DNA of 64,000 nucleotides, taken from NCBI GenBank assembly GCA_965213675.1, contig OZ243916.1, positions 2,656,001 to 2,720,000 of the forward strand, in the 5' to 3' direction. The position numbers and the translations under genes are program-made. Of this stretch, positions 49,594-59,438 are shown piece after piece. The stretch is from an uncultured Candidatus Binatia bacterium (GTDB taxonomy: Bacteria; Desulfobacterota; Binatia; UBA9968; JAJDTQ01). How positions within the stretch are numbered: position 1 is the stretch's first letter; the number at the start of each line of letters is the position of its first letter. The notes below the pieces were generated by a model. The model saw nothing but the letters and a program-made list of their open reading frames with translations. It did no database searches and was not told the origin of the DNA.

Positions 49594-51804
49594 ATGCGCA
49601 CCGATACGAACAACGCAAGCACCGACAAAGTCGCCCGACTGCTGAACCCCACCAGCGTGGCCATCCTGGGCGCGCGCGAGAACCCCAGCGGCTGGACGGC
49701 GCGCATCTTCGCCAACCTGGCGCGCTTCCAGTTCGACGGACCGGTGTACCCGGTGAACCCGAACCACGAGCGCATCTGGGGGGTGCCGTGCTTCCCGGAC
49801 CTCCGCTCCCTGCCCACGGTGCCCGACCACCTGGTGGTGATGCGGGCCGCGGCCAGCGTCGCCGGCATCCTGCGGGAAGCCGCGGCCATGGGCACGCGCA
49901 GCGCCACGGTCTATGCCACGGGCTTTTCGGAAGCGGGTACCGATGCCGGCCGCGCACTGGAGGCGGATCTGCGCGCTGTCATCGCGGACACCGGTCTCGC
50001 GGTTTCCGGCCCCAACTGTCTCGGCAACCTTTCGGCCCGGGCGCGTCTGCTGACCCTGCCCGACGACCGGGTGCAGGAACTTGTGCCCGGTCCGGTGGCC
50101 ATGGTGGGACAGAGCGGTACCACCACCCCCAGCATCGCACGCACACTCATGGAACGGGGCATCGACGTGAGCTACGTCATCACCAGCGGCAACGAGACCG
50201 GGCTCATTACCGCGGACTACATCCGCTATTTCGTCACCGACCCGGAAGTGCGCCTGATCTTCTGCCTGGTAGAGGCGGTGCGCCGCTCGGAGGAATTTCT
50301 CGCCGCCTGCCGCGCGGCGCGGGACGCGGGCAAGCCGGTGGTGGTGCTCAAGATGGGCGTGTCCGAGGGCGGGCGCCGCGCAGCCCTGTCCCACACCGGC
50401 TCCCTGGCCGGCCGGGTGGAAGCCTTTGACGCGGTGGCCGGCCCCGCGGGCGTGATCCGCGTGGACAGCGCCGACCGCGCCGTGGACGTCATCGAGATGC
50501 TGCTCTACGCCAGCGAGGCGCGCGGCGAGAACGTGGGCTGCCTGGTCTATTCCGGCGGCGTCCGCGGACTCGCGGAAGACGCCGCCGACCGGCACGGAGT
50601 GCCGCTGCCCGAATTCACCCCCGAGACACGGACACGCCTGCGCGAACTCCTGGGCGACGGCATGGCCATCAGCAACCCCCTGGACGCCAACGGCTACCTC
50701 AACCGCCCCAAGGAAGACGCCATGAAGGTCGTCGACGCCGTCTACAACGATCCGGGCGTGGACATGCTGGTGTTCCAGGAGGACCTGCCGCCCCACGAGG
50801 GCATGAACGACGCCAATCGCCGGCGCGCGGCCCGGGTTCTGTCCACCATCGAGGCCATCGATCAGCGGTTTCTCGGACCCGGACAGAAACCCTTCGTGCT
50901 CATCTCGCCGGCGTCCTACGACCTCACGGAGTTCAGCCGCAGCGCCCGGCGCCGCTTCCCCCACGTTCCCTGCCTGAACGAGCCCGAGCGCGCGTTCCGC
51001 GCCATCCGCGCGGTCCAGGACTACCGGCGGCGCTGCCGCGAGGCGGAAGTTGCGCCGCCCGCCGCCTTGCCGGAGGCTTTGACAGCACGCGTGGAGGCGC
51101 TACGGCGGCGGGCCGCAGAGGCCGCCACTGCCTTCCCCCTTTCCGAGCCGGACTCGAAAGAACTGGTGAACGCCTTCGGCGTGCCCTTGATCGACGAAGG
51201 GCTGGCGCGCACCGAGGAGGAAGCCTGCGACTTGGCCGAACGCATCGGTTGTCCGGTGGTGGTCAAGGGGGTGGCCGCGGACCTCACCCACAAGAGCGAC
51301 GCCGGCGCGGTGCGCGTCCACGTCGGCGACGCCACGGCCGTGCGGCGGGCCTGCCGCGACATCGCGCGCAACGTCGCCGCCCACGACCCGGACATCCGCC
51401 TGGACGGCTGGCTGGTGGCACGGATGGCGCCGGCCGGCCTGGAACTGGTGCTGGGCATGCAGCGGGACCCCGAGATGGGACCGGTGGTGATGTTCGGCGC
51501 CGGCGGCGTCTGGCTGGAACTGGTGAACGACGTGGCCGTCGGTCCCCCGGGAATCAGCCGGGACGGCGCCGCCCGGCTCATCGACGCCACCCGCGTCGGC
51601 AGGCTGCTGGACGGATACCGCGGCCAGGACCCCTACGACCGCGACGCCGTCATCGACGCGCTGGTGGCCCTGGGCCGGCTCGCGGCCGCGGCTGGCGACA
51701 TCATCGAAAGCCTGGACATCAACCCGTTCCTGGCGCTGCCCCAGGGCGCCGGAGCGCTGGCGCTGGACGCGCTGGCGGTGGTGGGACCGGGAGCAGGCGG
51801 TTGA
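49594..51804 (+). CDS. ADP-forming acyl-CoA ligase (acetate-CoA ligase family)
   Basis: SVAILGA, YPVNP, GPNCLG, GQSG, SHTGSLAG phospho-His, NPLD, HKSDAG ATP-grasp. Confidence 0.92.
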   Translation: MRTDTNNASTDKVARLLNPTSVAILGARENPSGWTARIFANLARFQFDGPVYPVNPNHERIWGVPCFPDLRSLPTVPDHLVVMRAAASVAGILREAAAMGTRSATVYATGFSEAGTDAGRALEADLRAVIADTGLAVSGPNCLGNLSARARLLTLPDDRVQELVPGPVAMVGQSGTTTPSIARTLMERGIDVSYVITSGNETGLITADYIRYFVTDPEVRLIFCLVEAVRRSEEFLAACRAARDAGKPVVVLKMGVSEGGRRAALSHTGSLAGRVEAFDAVAGPAGVIRVDSADRAVDVIEMLLYASEARGENVGCLVYSGGVRGLAEDAADRHGVPLPEFTPETRTRLRELLGDGMAISNPLDANGYLNRPKEDAMKVVDAVYNDPGVDMLVFQEDLPPHEGMNDANRRRAARVLSTIEAIDQRFLGPGQKPFVLISPASYDLTEFSRSARRRFPHVPCLNEPERAFRAIRAVQDYRRRCREAEVAPPAALPEALTARVEALRRRAAEAATAFPLSEPDSKELVNAFGVPLIDEGLARTEEEACDLAERIGCPVVVKGVAADLTHKSDAGAVRVHVGDATAVRRACRDIARNVAAHDPDIRLDGWLVARMAPAGLELVLGMQRDPEMGPVVMFGAGGVWLELVNDVAVGPPGISRDGAARLIDATRVGRLLDGYRGQDPYDRDAVIDALVALGRLAAAAGDIIESLDINPFLALPQGAGALALDALAVVGPGAGG

Positions 51805-51895
51805 ATCGTCCGCCCCAGGCTGGAATTGATCATTCCCGCGCAACAGGCTGTGTCGAAACCTCGCCCGAACGAGAACCGGCACGAGCGCCCCGAAT

Positions 51896-51926
51896 CGTCA
51901 TTCCCGCGGAAGCGGGAATCCAGGGG
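51896..51926 (+). repeat. REP family B (also 53119-53149, 47774-47799 inverted, 13983-14012, expanded form at 3537-3588)
   Basis: CGTCATTCCCGCG(G/A)AAGCGGGAAT(C/T)CAGGGG. Confidence 0.82.
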
Positions 51927-51977
51927 CGGCGGGGCAAGGGTCATCGGTCGATGTATTGACCGTAGAAAGGCAAAGGC

Positions 51978-53087
51978 ATGGAACTCGTCCTTGATGAGGC
52001 ACAGACCATTCTTCGGGAGAGCGCGGACAAGCTCATCGAACGGCACGCGGGACCGGCCCGGTTTCGCGAGTTGCGTGCGAGCGAACACGGCTTCGACCGA
52101 GGGCGGCTGACCGTGGTGGCAGAGGCCGGTTGGCTGTCGCTGCTGGTGCCGGAGGAACGGGACGGCCTGGGCCTGGGGACCACCGAGGCGGCGCTGGTGC
52201 TGGAGGCCGCCGGCCGCGGTCTCATGACCGAGCCCATCGCGGCCGTCATGGCGGGCGCGCGTGCCGTGGCGACGGGGACAGCCGCCACGGACGCGACCCT
52301 GGAAGACTTGATGGCCGGCCGCTCCATCATCGTGCCGGCACTGCACGACCCGGCGGCCGACGACCCCGCAGGCGTGGCCACCCAAGCCGTGGCCGACGGA
52401 GACGGTTTCAAGCTTGCGGGTCGCACCGACCCCGTTCCCGGCGCGGCCGCGGCCGACGGGTTCATCGTCGACGGCCGAAGCGGGGACGGCGCCGTCGTGT
52501 GCGTGGTGCCGCGCGACGCCCCGGGGCTCGAAATCGTGCGGCGCGGCCGCGTGGACGGCACCGGGCACGCGGCGCTGGTGCTGTCGGAGGTCCCCGTACC
52601 GGCGGACCGCGTCCTCGCCTCCGGCGCCCAGGGGACGGAGCTGGCGGCGGCGACCCTCGATCTGGCGCTGCTGGGAACCGCGGCCGAGATGCTGGGCATC
52701 ATGGAGCAGGGACTGGCCCTGGCGGTGGATTACCTGGGAACCCGCGAGCAGTTCGGACGGCTCATCGGTTCGTTCCAGGCGTTGCAGCATCGGGCGGTCA
52801 ACGACCACATCGACATCGAACTGACGCGCTCCCTGCTCTATCAGGTATGCGCCGCCATGGACGCGGGACGCGGCAACCGCGCCATGGTGGCCGCGGTGAA
52901 GGCGCGCGCCTCGGACGCCGTGCTCTCGGTGACAAAGTCCATGGTCCAGATGCACGGCGCCATCGGCTTCACCGACGAATACGACGCAAGCCTCTACCTG
53001 CGCCGGGCCATGTCCCTGTCGGCCCAGTACGGCAACGCCGACTCCCACCGCAAGCGCTACGCCAGGCTGTCGTCGCGGGCGGCGTAA
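51978..53087 (+). CDS. Acyl-CoA dehydrogenase, non-catalytic partner subunit
   Basis: Degenerate N-terminal FAD motifs; REQFGRLIGSFQALQHR, QMHGAIGFT.E. Confidence 0.88.
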   Translation: MELVLDEAQTILRESADKLIERHAGPARFRELRASEHGFDRGRLTVVAEAGWLSLLVPEERDGLGLGTTEAALVLEAAGRGLMTEPIAAVMAGARAVATGTAATDATLEDLMAGRSIIVPALHDPAADDPAGVATQAVADGDGFKLAGRTDPVPGAAAADGFIVDGRSGDGAVVCVVPRDAPGLEIVRRGRVDGTGHAALVLSEVPVPADRVLASGAQGTELAAATLDLALLGTAAEMLGIMEQGLALAVDYLGTREQFGRLIGSFQALQHRAVNDHIDIELTRSLLYQVCAAMDAGRGNRAMVAAVKARASDAVLSVTKSMVQMHGAIGFTDEYDASLYLRRAMSLSAQYGNADSHRKRYARLSSRAA

Positions 53088-53174
53088 CGATAAGAGCAAT
53101 AGCACCCACGCCCCGGGGCGTCATTCCCGCGAAAGCGGGAATTCAGGGGCCGCGAGTCACGAAGGGAAACCACC

Positions 53175-54011
53175 ATGGCGAACGACTCCGCTTTCCGGCG
53201 CACCATTCAGTGGCCCGAGGGCAAGCTCGTGTGCTGTACCTATAGCGTGGCCCTGGAAGCCTTCCGCAAGACCGGCCGCTTCAAGATGGATTCGCGCATC
53301 GACGTGAACTGGAGCTCACTCTCCCACGTGGAGTACGGCGGCAACGTGGGGATCTGGCGGATCCTGGAGATCCTGGAGCGGCAGAATGTCCGCGCCATGG
53401 TGCTGGTGAACTCGCTGGCGGCGGAGAAATGGCCGGAGGCGGTGCGAGCGCTACACGAAGCGGGGCACGAGATCGCCGGCCACGGCACCACCAACGAGGT
53501 CAGCATGATCGAGCTGAGCCCGGAGGAGCAGAAGGAGGAGATCGACTCCTGCACCCGTATCCTCGAGGGCATTACCGGGACCCGGCCCGTGGGCTGGTTC
53601 GGACCGGGCGGCCACCATACCGACGTGACCCTGGGGCTCCTGGCCGAAGCCGGCTACCTGTGGTCGGGGGACCCCTCGGACGACGACATCCCCCATGTCG
53701 AGTTGGTCAACGGCCGCCGCATCTGCGTGATCCCCAAGACCTGGTACGCCAACGACTGGCGCGCCTGGGGCAACGGGCTGGGCAACGCCAGCACGTTCTT
53801 CACCGGGTTCAAGGACGGATTCGACTTCGTCTACGAAGAGGCCAGGGCAGGTAGGCCGGGCATGATCGACGCCTGCGTCCACGCCGAGCTGGGCGGACGG
53901 CCGTATCTAGCCGCTGGGTTCGAGCGGATCATCGAGTACGTGAACCGGCACCGCAGCGAGATCTGGCAACCCACGTACCGGGAGATCGCGGAGTACTGTC
54001 TGGGGAGCTGA
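53175..54011 (+). CDS. Polysaccharide deacetylase (PuuE-like CE4) protein
   Basis: WPEG, EYGGNVGIWRIL, GHEIAGHG, RPVGWFGP, DDDIP. Confidence 0.88.
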   Translation: MANDSAFRRTIQWPEGKLVCCTYSVALEAFRKTGRFKMDSRIDVNWSSLSHVEYGGNVGIWRILEILERQNVRAMVLVNSLAAEKWPEAVRALHEAGHEIAGHGTTNEVSMIELSPEEQKEEIDSCTRILEGITGTRPVGWFGPGGHHTDVTLGLLAEAGYLWSGDPSDDDIPHVELVNGRRICVIPKTWYANDWRAWGNGLGNASTFFTGFKDGFDFVYEEARAGRPGMIDACVHAELGGRPYLAAGFERIIEYVNRHRSEIWQPTYREIAEYCLGS

Positions 54012-54068
54012 CCCTGGAGAGCCGGCCAGCCTGGATCAGCGACGCGGGATGGAGTTCCACGTCTGTTG

Positions 54069-55076
54069 TCAGGCACCGCCGTCGGCCGCGAGGCCCGCTT
54101 TCTCGACAATCAACTTCGCCAGCGCCCTGAAATCGCGGCGTGCTTCGTGCACCGCGGCGGCATGGCTGCCAATTGCGCCATCCGCCGTGGTGAGGTCGAA
54201 AATCGGCTTGCGGCTCTCCTGCCCCATGGAGACGAGGCTCCGGTAGTGCTTGACGGTGGCGAGGCAATGCTCATCCTCCCGTGGAGAGGCGGGGAATGGG
54301 GCCTCCTGTTCAAGCAGATTACGAGCATATTCTTCCGGCATCCTGTTGACCCACCGGTCATACGCCTTGACCGGGCGGCTCAGTCGGACACTGTGCTGTT
54401 GAACGATGTAACCGAGCGGTTTCATCCGACCCCCGGGCAACGGGAATTGCAGGGAATCCCAGTTGTCCATCCGTTTGGTCCAATCTTCGCGCCAGCGCCG
54501 GAGGGTCGGGCCAAGGTTGCGGAGCCCTTGGAGTGAGAAGAGATCGGCTCCGAGTGGGACGACGACATGATCCGTAGCGATCAGGGCGGAACGGTTGATG
54601 GCACCCAGGTTGGGGCCCACATCGGCGAGAATGACGGAAGCCTTCATGGCACTCGCACCTGCTTGCATCACCGTCCAGAACGACGTGAGAATCCGAAACG
54701 GACGATACAGGTTGCCGGAGCCGAGCGCATCCGACCACTCCCCGGACAAGGTGTCCTCAAACCCGGACAGGGCCAGATCGCCAGGTATCAGGCTGAGTTC
54801 CGGGGTGATTTCCTGAAGTACGGGAGGCAACAGATCGCCGACCTCCAACAGTGGTTTGACGCTCTTGAAAATCGTGTTGCCGCGATCCTCTCCTTCCCAC
54901 AGTCCTTCCAGTTGATCTTCGCTAAGGAACGCCGCGGAGAGGTTGGCCTGCGGATCCAGATCACAAGTGAGGACTCGATGCCCCGTCTGTGAGAGTATCC
55001 AGGCCAAGTGGTAGACAAGAGACGTTTTCCCGACACCACCCTTGTTGTTGAAGAATGTCAGAACGGGGATGTTCAC
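54069..55076 (-). CDS. Orphan ParA-family ATPase
   Basis: FNNKGGVGKTS deviant Walker A, DLDPQANLS, DVGPNLGAINR; GTGA overlap with the upstream gene. Confidence 0.9.
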   Translation of the reverse strand: MNIPVLTFFNNKGGVGKTSLVYHLAWILSQTGHRVLTCDLDPQANLSAAFLSEDQLEGLWEGEDRGNTIFKSVKPLLEVGDLLPPVLQEITPELSLIPGDLALSGFEDTLSGEWSDALGSGNLYRPFRILTSFWTVMQAGASAMKASVILADVGPNLGAINRSALIATDHVVVPLGADLFSLQGLRNLGPTLRRWREDWTKRMDNWDSLQFPLPGGRMKPLGYIVQQHSVRLSRPVKAYDRWVNRMPEEYARNLLEQEAPFPASPREDEHCLATVKHYRSLVSMGQESRKPIFDLTTADGAIGSHAAAVHEARRDFRALAKLIVEKAGLAADGGA

Positions 55077-56281
55077 GACGCGAGTCCTCGGATGGTCACG
55101 TGCACGAACGTGTCCTCGACCGCAAACTCCGGCTCGGCGTTACCGTTTTCTCTCAGCTCTCTCTTGGCTGTAGCGATGCCGACGCCGAATCGTTGAACAA
55201 AACCCATGACCTTCATCGCGTCCGCCAGGTTTGGGTTACGGTAGTCGGTCACACCGGGACGCCCAAAGTTCTCCCGCGTGACGACCCCAAACGCGCCGCC
55301 CGGATTGTGAATTTCGATGCGGTCGTGGAACCAAGTAACGCGGACCGGAGCGTTGGTGGCCTCGTAGACCCGGTGCATGACCGCATTGCGGGCCAATTGC
55401 TGGAGGGCCGCGAGCGGATAGGTCGATTCCCGACGTTCCTTGTCGGAACCCGTGAGGTCGACACCGGTGCTGATGTGCGCCTTCATCTTGTCATCGAGCC
55501 GCTGCAATATCTCCGAAATCGTACCGTCGATGGTCTCGTGGTCGATGATGGGGGCCGACAACTCCGTGCCGTCGATGCGCAGAAACTCCACGTAAGAGTT
55601 GGAGACAAAGTCGCGTGGCCGCTTCCCCAGCACCAAGAGGCCCAACACCGTGGCTGTTGGTTCATCGGCCGAGGCAATCATTTTTGTTGTCGCAAGGCGT
55701 TGCTCAGGGCTCCGCTCATTGGCTTCGAGCGTCTCCACATTGAAGGCACCGGGGAGGTATTCTTCCTCGAAGCGGCGTATGCTCATATCGGAGACGGTAG
55801 CACCCGGAACAGGCTGGATGTCGAACGGAAGAGCGTGACTGCGCCGTCTTTCGTTGAGAATGCGCTCATCCTGCGGTGTCGCAATGCTCCTTCGAGGACC
55901 GCTCCGTACGTGGATGGCCCCTTTGTAGCGGACAGGGGGGGAAACCGACGACAGGATCGTGACGACGGCGACATCCATCCCCTTCAACCTCCGCTTCTCC
56001 ACGAACATCGACGGCGGAGGTACAATGTTCCCATCTGTCTTGATGTCACTGAGTTGCGTCAACATTCGATCGGTAATGTCCAGCCCGGTCGGTTGCCCAT
56101 CGTCCCTCACACCCACGAAAACGACACCGGGGCGACCGGAACCCGGCAAGTCGTTGGCGAAGGAACAGACCGCCTCGCGAATACTCGTGGCCGTACCGCC
56201 ATCGAGTCTTTCCTTGTAGTCAACCCGGAAACTCTCTCCTTGATCCAGGATGCGTTCCAGTTTCGCGTCATCCAATCTCAT
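55073..56281 (-). CDS. AlbA_2/Schlafen domain fused to a HATPase_c_4 (GHKL-like) domain
   Basis: GESFRVDYKE, CSFAN, FVGVRDDG; YPLAALQQLARNAVMHRVY, IEIHNPGG, RNPNLA..GFVQRFGVGI. Confidence 0.88.
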   Translation of the reverse strand: MRLDDAKLERILDQGESFRVDYKERLDGGTATSIREAVCSFANDLPGSGRPGVVFVGVRDDGQPTGLDITDRMLTQLSDIKTDGNIVPPPSMFVEKRRLKGMDVAVVTILSSVSPPVRYKGAIHVRSGPRRSIATPQDERILNERRRSHALPFDIQPVPGATVSDMSIRRFEEEYLPGAFNVETLEANERSPEQRLATTKMIASADEPTATVLGLLVLGKRPRDFVSNSYVEFLRIDGTELSAPIIDHETIDGTISEILQRLDDKMKAHISTGVDLTGSDKERRESTYPLAALQQLARNAVMHRVYEATNAPVRVTWFHDRIEIHNPGGAFGVVTRENFGRPGVTDYRNPNLADAMKVMGFVQRFGVGIATAKRELRENGNAEPEFAVEDTFVHVTIRGLAS

Positions 56282-56495
56282 GGCAGCCGTCTCCCCTAGC
56301 GTGGTGCGTCACAGATAGCCTGACGCTGGACACTGGCAGAATATGTTGGTTGGGCACACATTTCCAGCCAACATCTCGGTCTGGCGCCTGGCCCCCGGGA
56401 GGGAAGAAGTTCTTCGGGGGGTCACCCCTGCCAGACGCCAACGATGGACACACGACAGGGGCGCCTTGGAAGAAGCCCTTCGCACCGCATCCGGC

Positions 56496-57698
56496 CTACA
56501 GCGAGTCCTCCCTGACTCTCCAAAGGAACGGCAGCGGCAGCGCGATGGCGACGGCCATGGCGATCCAGGCCATCCGGTAGGATTCCGTGTAGTCCGCGAT
56601 GGAGCCGAAGATGGGCGGCAGCACCACCACGCCCACGAACGCCACGGTATTGGTCATGCCGATGGCGACGCCGGCCTCGCGGGTGCCGGCGATCTTGGCG
56701 ACCAGGGCGAGATACAATCCCTGCCAGCTCATGGTGCCGAGTCCGAGGAGGGTTACCACAATCGCCACCAGCCACGCCGGCATGTCCGGCGACAGCAAGG
56801 CCGTGGCCACGCCGGCGACGGTGCCGAGGGCCCCCAGCATGACCAGCACGGGCACCCGGCGGCCGAGGAAAAACCGGTCGCTGACGATGCCGAAGACGAT
56901 GCGGCCGGTGCCGCCGCAGGCCTGACCCACCGCCAGCAGGTGGGCGGCGAACACCAGCGGGTAGAAGATGTGCTCGGTGAGATACAACTCGATATAGCTG
57001 ATGTAGCACCACTGGCACCCGGCCAGCACCGCGGCATAAAACGCCGCCGCCCAGATATCCCCGCGGCGGACGATGTCCTTCAGCCCGCCCGCGGGAGCGG
57101 CGCCGGACGCCGCCGGAGGCCGGTCGGGCTCCTTATAGCAGACCAGCACCATCAGCCCGGCAAGGATCGTGACCACGCCCACCAAGGACAACGCCCAGCG
57201 CCAGCCGAATACCAGACCCATGGCGGGCAGCGTAAGCGCTGCGATGGTGCCGCCCGCGGGAATGCCGGTCTGCCGCACGCCCATGGCCATGCCGCGCTCG
57301 CGCTCCGGGAACCATCCCGCCACCGCCTTGCTGCCGGCCGGAGTGCTGGTGGCCACCGGCACCCCCAGGAGCAGGAACACCACCAGCAATCCGACAAAGC
57401 CGCCGGCGAAGTGCACGGTCAGCACCAGCAGGCCGCAGGCCGCCGTGCCGTAGCCTATGATGCGCCGCTCGCCATAGCGGTCCGCCGCCTTGCCCATGCC
57501 CAGCACCGCGGCCACCACCCCGACGTTGATCATGGAAACCAGGACTCCGACCTCGGTAAGGGTCAGCCCCAACTCCACCTGAATGAGCGGCACCACGGTC
57601 GGGATGCCCATGTGGATGGTCGACATCGCCGTCTGCGACAGCGTGGCGATGAAGAGATAGAACCAACGCCGGGATGGCGGTGCGGAGGATGGTGTCAC
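56496..57698 (-). CDS. MFS transporter
   Basis: About 12 hydrophobic segments; GKAADRYGERR motif A; WFPERERGMAMG. Confidence 0.93.
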   Translation of the reverse strand: MTPSSAPPSRRWFYLFIATLSQTAMSTIHMGIPTVVPLIQVELGLTLTEVGVLVSMINVGVVAAVLGMGKAADRYGERRIIGYGTAACGLLVLTVHFAGGFVGLLVVFLLLGVPVATSTPAGSKAVAGWFPERERGMAMGVRQTGIPAGGTIAALTLPAMGLVFGWRWALSLVGVVTILAGLMVLVCYKEPDRPPAASGAAPAGGLKDIVRRGDIWAAAFYAAVLAGCQWCYISYIELYLTEHIFYPLVFAAHLLAVGQACGGTGRIVFGIVSDRFFLGRRVPVLVMLGALGTVAGVATALLSPDMPAWLVAIVVTLLGLGTMSWQGLYLALVAKIAGTREAGVAIGMTNTVAFVGVVVLPPIFGSIADYTESYRMAWIAMAVAIALPLPFLWRVREDSL

Positions 57699-57762
57699 GT
57701 GTGGCGAGATTTGCGTCTACCCCGGCGAAGGGTTAGTGTTGGGGGTCCTGCGTCACGAACCG

Positions 57763-59193
57763 ATGAAACCGGAAATCGACCTGCTGCGCGGCCTTCCCTC
57801 CGTGGACCGCATCATGAATCACCCGGCCGCGGAACCGTTGCTGGAGCGGTTCAGCCGGGCGTTCGTGACAGCGACCCTGCGCGACCTCATCGACGAATGG
57901 CGGCAGGTCATACGTTCCGGCCGCGACCTTCCGCCCGACCGGCTGCGGGACGAATCTATCATAACGGACCTGGAAAAGAAGCTCGCCCGCGCCGCCCGGC
58001 CCGGCATGACACGCGTGGTCAACGCTTCCGGCACCATCCTGCACACGAACCTGGGACGGGCGCTGCTCTCGGAGGCCGCGGCAGAGGCGGTGGCCCGTGC
58101 CGCGCGCCACCCGGTGAATCTGGAGTTCGACCTCGCCCACGGCAAACGAGGACAGCGCGAGGCCGGCGTCGAAGCGTTGCTGCGGGAGCTGACCGGGGCG
58201 GAGGCCGCCGCGGTGGTGAACAACAACGCCGCCGCGGTGCTGCTGGGGCTCAATGCCATGGCCGAGGGGAAGCACGTCGTCGTGTCGCGGGGCGAGCTGA
58301 TCGAGATCGGCGGATCGTTTCGCATACCGGAGGTCATGGCGAAGAGCGGCGCCATTCTGCGGGAGGTGGGCACCACCAACCGCACTCACCCGAGGGACTA
58401 TGCCGAGGCCATCGACGCCGACACCGCGCTCCTGCTGAAGGTGCACACCAGCAACTACCGGGTGGTGGGGTTTGCCGCGGAGGTGGAATTGAAGGACCTG
58501 GTGGCCATCGGGCGGGAGCGCGGGGTACCGGTGATGGAAGACCTGGGCAGCGGCGCGCTGGTGGACTTGGGCAAGCTGGGGCTGCCGCGGGAGCCGCTGG
58601 TGGCGGAACGGGTCGCCATGGGGGCGGACGTGGTCACGTTCAGCGGCGACAAGATCCTGGGCGGTCCCCAGGCGGGGCTTGTGGCTGGCACGAAGCACTG
58701 GATCGAGCACATGAACCGGAACCCTCTCAAGCGCGCGTTGCGCTGCGACAAGCTCACGTTGGCGGCGCTGGAGGCGACGCTCCGGAGCTACGTGCAGTCG
58801 CCGGACGTGCTCCAGGAGATCCCCACCCTGCGGGCCTTCAGCCGTTCGCTGGACGAGATCGCGGAGGGCGGGCGGAACCTGCTGCCGCGGCTGCGGGAAC
58901 GGCTCGGGCCGGACTACGAGGTGGAACTGGTGGACTGCACCTGCCAGATCGGCAGCGGCGCCCTCCCCACCGAGGAGATCCCGAGCAAGGGCATCGCCGT
59001 GCGCGCCCGCGACTTGAGCCCGGACGACGTGGCGCGGGTCTTCCGCAACGCCGATCCGCCCATCATCGGGCGCATTCACAACGACCGCTTCATCCTCGAC
59101 CTGAGGAGCGCTGGCGACCCTGCGTCCGTGGCGCCCCGTCTCCGACCCACCATCGCGACCCCGACCGGCGGAGCGACCGCCGGTCGCCCTTAG
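57763..59193 (+). CDS. selA: L-seryl-tRNA(Sec) selenium transferase
   Basis: NASGTILHTNLGRA, VNNNAAAV, EIGGSFRIP, EVGTTNRT, FSGDKILGGPQAG. Confidence 0.97.
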   Translation: MKPEIDLLRGLPSVDRIMNHPAAEPLLERFSRAFVTATLRDLIDEWRQVIRSGRDLPPDRLRDESIITDLEKKLARAARPGMTRVVNASGTILHTNLGRALLSEAAAEAVARAARHPVNLEFDLAHGKRGQREAGVEALLRELTGAEAAAVVNNNAAAVLLGLNAMAEGKHVVVSRGELIEIGGSFRIPEVMAKSGAILREVGTTNRTHPRDYAEAIDADTALLLKVHTSNYRVVGFAAEVELKDLVAIGRERGVPVMEDLGSGALVDLGKLGLPREPLVAERVAMGADVVTFSGDKILGGPQAGLVAGTKHWIEHMNRNPLKRALRCDKLTLAALEATLRSYVQSPDVLQEIPTLRAFSRSLDEIAEGGRNLLPRLRERLGPDYEVELVDCTCQIGSGALPTEEIPSKGIAVRARDLSPDDVARVFRNADPPIIGRIHNDRFILDLRSAGDPASVAPRLRPTIATPTGGATAGRP

Positions 59194-59236
59194 AAAGCAC
59201 GCGCCCTGCCGGCGACCCAATGTCCTGAGCGAACCG

Positions 59237-59397
59237 GGAGCTTGCGCCGTAGGAATTCACGGCTGCAAATCCGCTCTCATCCGTCCCTTCGGCCGCTCGA
59301 TTTCGTCAAATATGACATGATATTCTCCTCAATCGAGCGGCCGAAGGGACGGCAATAGCGAAATTTCGCTTTCACGTATCCCTACGGCTAAAGCTCC
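59237..59397. repeat. ~160-bp nested palindrome between selA and selB
   Basis: Perfect 22-bp stem 59281-59302 / 59331-59352; outer arms ggagctt..gccgtagg / cctacggc..aagctcc. Confidence 0.8.
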
Positions 59398-59438
59398 TGG
59401 CATCGGCTGTCATAGAAGAGGACACTGAATCAAGACCC

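Noticed and set aside
54069-55076. ParA as a plasmid or chromosome partition system
   Set aside because: No parB, parS-like repeats or rep gene nearby; it is coupled to the AlbA gene instead.
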